In this document: positions 59,898 to 64,000 of the stretch, piece by piece | Numbering within the stretch: the stretch's first letter is position 1 | How the letters are laid out: each line of letters opens with the position of its first letter | Source: Patescibacteria group bacterium | Lineage (GTDB): Bacteria; Patescibacteriota; Patescibacteriia; UM-FILTER-42-10 | DNA length: 64,000 nt | Direction of reading: 5' to 3' | NCBI GenBank assembly: GCA_041666485.1 | Contig: JBAYGW010000005.1 | Span: 3,654 to 67,653, forward strand | The notes under the pieces: model-generated | Told to the model about the DNA's origin: nothing | Database searches by the model: none | What the model saw: only the letters and a program-made list of their open reading frames with translations | Position numbers and translations under genes: made by a program

Positions 59898-61565
59898 TTA
59901 TTTAGTAACCCGTATTACCTCTTCTAGGGTAGTTTGTTTATTTAGTACTTTAATTATTCCATCTTCATACATCGTTTTCATATTCTTTGCCCTTGCTGTA
60001 TCTTCTATTGAAGATGAATGTGCCCGGTTGATTATCAAATCATGAATATCTTCATCAACTTTCAGAACTTCAAAAATTCCGGTTCTTCCAGAATATCCGG
60101 TATTCAGACACGCGGGACATCCTTTGCCTTTTGCAACGGTTGGTTGTTCTTTATTGGAATACTTTGCTACCAGCCCTTTCGGAATTGAATCAACAACATA
60201 TTCAGTTTTGCAGGAATCACAAATATTTCGGACTAAACGCTGACCAATAATCGCCTTTAAAGTAGACGCGATCAAATATGGCTCCACACCCATATCAAGT
60301 AACCTCGGGATTGCGGCGGCGGCGCTGTTAGTGTGTAGAGAAGTTAATACTAGGTGGCCGGTCATTGCCGCATTAATTGCGATCGTTGCCGTTTCTTTGT
60401 CCCGGATTTCTCCGATCATAATAATATCCGGATCCTGACGCAATATTGAACGCAGGCCATTAGCAAAATTTAAATCCACATGCGGATTTACCTGTATCTG
60501 ATTCGCACCGGTCAAATGATATTCAATCGGATCTTCAATTGTGGAAATATTTACTTGCTGGTTATTTATTTCTTTCACAAGAGAGTATAAAGTTGTCGTC
60601 TTACCTGAACCGGTCGGTCCGGTAATTAAAATCATCCCGTTGGAAAACCCCAGTATCTTTTTTAAATCTTCGCGGTTGCTTTTTTCCAAACCCAGTGTAT
60701 CCAGCGAAAGGTTTTCATTATCCGTATCCAGAAATCTTAACGAGGCTTTTTGGCCGTGCAATGTCGGGATAATTGATAAACGCACCGCGACTTTATACCC
60801 GGATTCATTGAAACTGAACCGTCCGTCCTGCGGGCGCATGTGCTCGTCAATGCGAAGTTGAGATAATATTTTAGTACGTGCAATTATCGGAGCGAGTAGT
60901 TCTTTCGGCAAAGTGAAAAATTCATGAAGCATCCCATCCATCCGAAAACGAACTGAAACCGAATTCTCGCGCGGTTCAATATGCATATCACTTGCCTCGC
61001 TTTTAATGCCAAAAATTATTAACTGGTTCAGCAGTGAAATAATCGGGGCTTCCTGCCCCATTGTTTCCGGAGTATTATTGACTCTACAAGCTCTGATAAT
61101 CAGTTCATCAATTGCTTTTTTGCTGGATTCTGCGGAATTATTAAATGCTTCTTCCAAATATTGTTTAATATCTCTCTGATTAGCCAGATACACCGCCACA
61201 TCTTTATTCAGTGACCTTTTAACATATGCAATTAATTCCGTATTCTCCGGTCTGGCCATTGCCACGTAGACATATGCTTCATCCTCCTGAAAAGGCAAAA
61301 CCAAATGTTCCAAACAAATGGAAGATGGGAGTTTTTTAACCACTTCCTGGTATATTTTAACCTGATTCAAATCAACCACCTGCAGTGAATGGGAATCCTG
61401 GAGCAGTGAAATCAACTTGGATGACGGGACAATTCCTTGCTCAATACAAAAATCCAAAACATTACCCATTTGGAGTTTTTCATACTCTTTGAGCTTATTG
61501 GATGTTTCTTTGGATAATATACCCTCTTTTCTTAGGGCATCGGTTACTTGTTTTGTCGCTATCAT
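59898..61565 (-). CDS. pilB: Type IV pilus assembly ATPase (PilB/GspE family)
   Basis: ASDMHIEP, PQDGR, GPTGSGKTTTLY, LRQDPD, GEIRD, TGHLV, tetracysteine motif. Confidence 0.92.
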   Translation of the reverse strand: MIATKQVTDALRKEGILSKETSNKLKEYEKLQMGNVLDFCIEQGIVPSSKLISLLQDSHSLQVVDLNQVKIYQEVVKKLPSSICLEHLVLPFQEDEAYVYVAMARPENTELIAYVKRSLNKDVAVYLANQRDIKQYLEEAFNNSAESSKKAIDELIIRACRVNNTPETMGQEAPIISLLNQLIIFGIKSEASDMHIEPRENSVSVRFRMDGMLHEFFTLPKELLAPIIARTKILSQLRIDEHMRPQDGRFSFNESGYKVAVRLSIIPTLHGQKASLRFLDTDNENLSLDTLGLEKSNREDLKKILGFSNGMILITGPTGSGKTTTLYSLVKEINNQQVNISTIEDPIEYHLTGANQIQVNPHVDLNFANGLRSILRQDPDIIMIGEIRDKETATIAINAAMTGHLVLTSLHTNSAAAAIPRLLDMGVEPYLIASTLKAIIGQRLVRNICDSCKTEYVVDSIPKGLVAKYSNKEQPTVAKGKGCPACLNTGYSGRTGIFEVLKVDEDIHDLIINRAHSSSIEDTARAKNMKTMYEDGIIKVLNKQTTLEEVIRVTK

Positions 61566-61731
61566 TTTTTTACCAAAAAGATTTTGCTAAGGTAAGCACA
61601 TTTTTTTGCTTTCAAATACTTTGTTTTATTACTACTAATAAAACATGCAACCTTATACCAAATCCGCTACTTTGTCAATCCCCCCCAAGCAATTACCTTT
61701 GTTTGAAGAAAAAATAATCAAATATTATAAT

Positions 61732-61767
61732 AAAAAATCCCGCAAATACCAAGAGGGTATTGCGGGT
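61732..61767 (-). terminator. Terminator of the GC-rich orphan gene
   Basis: CCCGCAATACC...GGTATTTGCGGG followed by ATTTTTT on the minus strand. Confidence 0.65.
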
Positions 61768-61792
61768 AGCCGGTTAAAGCCAAAAGAGCTGG

Positions 61793-62257
61793 TTACAGGT
61801 TGACGACAAGCGTTTCCGCCTGAATAAAGTGGATCGGACCGAAGTCCCGGCGCATGCGCGCCAGCTCCTTTTCGGACCAGTCCGGTGCCACCGCCTTGCC
61901 GCAGTCCACCGTGTCGGCCAGATGTTCCTCAGTAAGCAACTCAAACGCTTCGGGAGTGACCTGGCAGAGTTTGCCGGTCACAACCATCTCAAATTCATCG
62001 CGGACGTTCTCCGCGATGACGGCATTCAGCGTCCTGAAATCGATTGCGTTTCCGGCGAAGAAGAATTTCGTCCCGTCCTGGCAGCAGATATATACGCCGC
62101 CTTCGGGAACTGATGCATTCTGCCGAATTGACATGAAGACGTTCCCCATGTCATCACAACGCTCCACCCAGAGGCGGAGATTCTCAACGCGATCGACGGA
62201 GGCACTTGCCTGCTTACTCATGTACCATTCCCCTTCAAGGCTTCGGTTCACATCCAT
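61793..62257 (-). CDS. GC-rich orphan soluble protein (start may be ATG at 62221)
   Basis: ORF with GAAGGGG SD before the second ATG; own promoter and terminator. Confidence 0.6.
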   Translation of the reverse strand: MDVNRSLEGEWYMSKQASASVDRVENLRLWVERCDDMGNVFMSIRQNASVPEGGVYICCQDGTKFFFAGNAIDFRTLNAVIAENVRDEFEMVVTGKLCQVTPEAFELLTEEHLADTVDCGKAVAPDWSEKELARMRRDFGPIHFIQAETLVVNL

Positions 62258-62320
62258 GTGGCGAACTGACGTCCACCTGCGGTAGAAATGCCAATACTAC
62301 CAGAATATAATTTTATGTCA

Positions 62321-62351
62321 ACCCCGCTAGAAATTAGATTTATAACGGGGT
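62321..62351. repeat. Imperfect palindrome ACCCCG...CGGGGT
   Basis: ACCCCGCTAGAAAT-TAG-ATTTATAACGGGGT. Confidence 0.6.
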
Positions 62352-62408
62352 GAAGGCGGATATACAAAAAAGGCCTGCGAATTTAGCAAGCCTTTCATCA
62401 AATATTTA

Positions 62409-63629
62409 TTATTTATCTTTCTGTTTCTGTATCAGGTATTTAAAAGATATTTTCCGGTTTACCTCCAGCGATCCAACTTCAAATAATTTAAAGGCAAAAT
62501 AGAAACCGGCCATCACATATAATGTTACAACAACAACCCCCAATATTGACTCCCACATGGTTAATGCGCCAATAGAGCTACGGAAAATCAAAATCAGCGG
62601 AGCGGTAAATGGAGTAAAGCTCACTATCCTGGATAATACTCCTGATGGTTCCGCCAATAAAAATGATGCGAAATAAATCGGGATAATTGAAAGAATGATA
62701 AAGACTGAAGAAAACTGCTGGGCATCACGATATTTTGGCATTGCCGCGCCAACCCCCACCATGATGCTGGAAAGAAACAGAAAACCGCCGATCGTATAGA
62801 ATACGGATAGCAGGATCTGCCCGAATGTTACATCAACGGCCGACCAATCTATTGTAATAGGAAAAATATTCGTAGAAGCAACCACAATCCCGGTCATCAA
62901 AACCCCCAATGCAAACAGTGAAGTCAGAGATACGCCGGTAAGTCCAACTAGTTTTCCCCAGATCAGCTGGCGCGGTTTAACAATGGATAATATTGTTTCA
63001 ATCATCCGATTCTCTTTTTCTTCCGAAACACTGGATAACATAAATCCGGATGAAAACATAACCATTACAAAATAAACCAATATAGAAACTATCGGGATAA
63101 TAAATACTTCAAACCGCTGGTCTACCGCCACTCCATTTTTGTACAGAGTCTTTTCCAACTTTATATCACTGGAAAATAAAGCAATCCTAGCCGGATCTTT
63201 AATTTCCATCAAAATATTTTGCTTCAGCATTTCTACAGCCACCGCGTTGAACCGGTCACGCGAAATTAGGCTGGTATCCGGGGCGTAAATCTGAATTACC
63301 TTTTCAGTCAGTATATTTTCCGGATAATAAAATGCCGCATCTGCGCTTCCTCCCCTAACCTGCTCCTTAGCAATCTCAATATCGTCAGCAATAAAATATG
63401 GAGGTACAATCATATTTTTAGAAATTATTCCGGACCGGTCAACGATCAGAATGTTATCAATATTCTTCACTTCCTCCGCTATCTTTTTCTCAACCTGTGT
63501 CGCCGATGTACCTGAAACAGCGGCTAAGCCCAGATAAATAACCGGAACAATTACAATCATAATCCAAAAAGACGGTTTTTGTACTATCTTTAAATATTCT
63601 TTTTTTGCAACCTTTAGGATTGTGTTCAT
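62409..63629 (-). CDS. ABC-2 type permease (NatB/YhaP-like)
   Basis: SVSEEKENRMIETILS, LIWGKL, 1+5 TM layout. Confidence 0.9.
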   Translation of the reverse strand: MNTILKVAKKEYLKIVQKPSFWIMIVIVPVIYLGLAAVSGTSATQVEKKIAEEVKNIDNILIVDRSGIISKNMIVPPYFIADDIEIAKEQVRGGSADAAFYYPENILTEKVIQIYAPDTSLISRDRFNAVAVEMLKQNILMEIKDPARIALFSSDIKLEKTLYKNGVAVDQRFEVFIIPIVSILVYFVMVMFSSGFMLSSVSEEKENRMIETILSIVKPRQLIWGKLVGLTGVSLTSLFALGVLMTGIVVASTNIFPITIDWSAVDVTFGQILLSVFYTIGGFLFLSSIMVGVGAAMPKYRDAQQFSSVFIILSIIPIYFASFLLAEPSGVLSRIVSFTPFTAPLILIFRSSIGALTMWESILGVVVVTLYVMAGFYFAFKLFEVGSLEVNRKISFKYLIQKQKDK

Positions 63630-63631
63630 AG

Positions 63632-64000
63632 TTATTTTGATACCATTACAAATATTTCTTCCAAAGAAGGTGCTGCTACTTCAAACTTTGTGATTTTCAA
63701 TTCTGTACCTGCTAAATACGATAGCGTTTCCTTTGGCGTGATTCCTTCTTTTAAAATTAGAGAGGCGGAATTAGTCGTATCATTGGCGACTGAATAAAGC
63801 CGGTCATTCTCCGGCAGTACGCCCCGAAACTGCACGTGAATCCGGTCTTCGCCGAACTGCGCTTTTACTTCATCCACCGCTCCGTATAAAATACGTTTGC
63901 CATCCTGGATCATAATCAGGCGGTTGGCAATTTTTTCCACTTCTTCCATCTGATGAGTAATAAATATGATCGTGCTGCCCTTTTCCTTCATTTCCAAAAG
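63632..64000 (-). CDS. ABC transporter ATP-binding protein, C-terminal part (DUF4162-like; partial)
   Basis: IIFITHQMEEVE H-loop; PSLEEIF tail. Confidence 0.88.
   Translation of the reverse strand, partial: LLEMKEKGSTIIFITHQMEEVEKIANRLIMIQDGKRILYGAVDEVKAQFGEDRIHVQFRGVLPENDRLYSVANDTTNSASLILKEGITPKETLSYLAGTELKITKFEVAAPSLEEIFVMVSK

Overview
64 kb of a bacterial chromosome using genetic code 11. The gene content, short HrcA, TGS-less ThrRS, weak SD use and a type IV pilus cluster suggest Patescibacteria/CPR (Parcubacteria-like); this lineage call is inference only. Core content: cysS, a CIRCE-controlled hrcA-grpE-hsp20-dnaK...dnaJ operon, rodA, dnaE, thrS, miaB/miaA, gatB, a thymidylate cluster (dCMP deaminase, dut, thyA, folA, tmk), secE-nusG-rplK-rplA, gyrB, pheST, a pilus cluster and an ABC-2 transporter. 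Notable points: (1) a compact transcriptional T-box riboswitch with a Thr (ACC) specifier, with a NUDIX gene between it and thrS; (2) a pyrB-I-D-K-C-E-F operon ending in an ornithine carbamoyltransferase-family gene, with a eukaryote-like PyrF and a possible leader-peptide attenuator; (3) an AT-rich defence island beside a duplicated miaA 3' end, with two C5 methyltransferases, an EcoRII-N/B3-like-HNH nuclease and a DUF262 protein with a HEPN-like tail; (4) GC-rich orphan islets with their own promoters and terminators, and several families of short palindromes showing compensatory changes. No rRNA, tRNA, CRISPR array, integrase or transposase was recognised.
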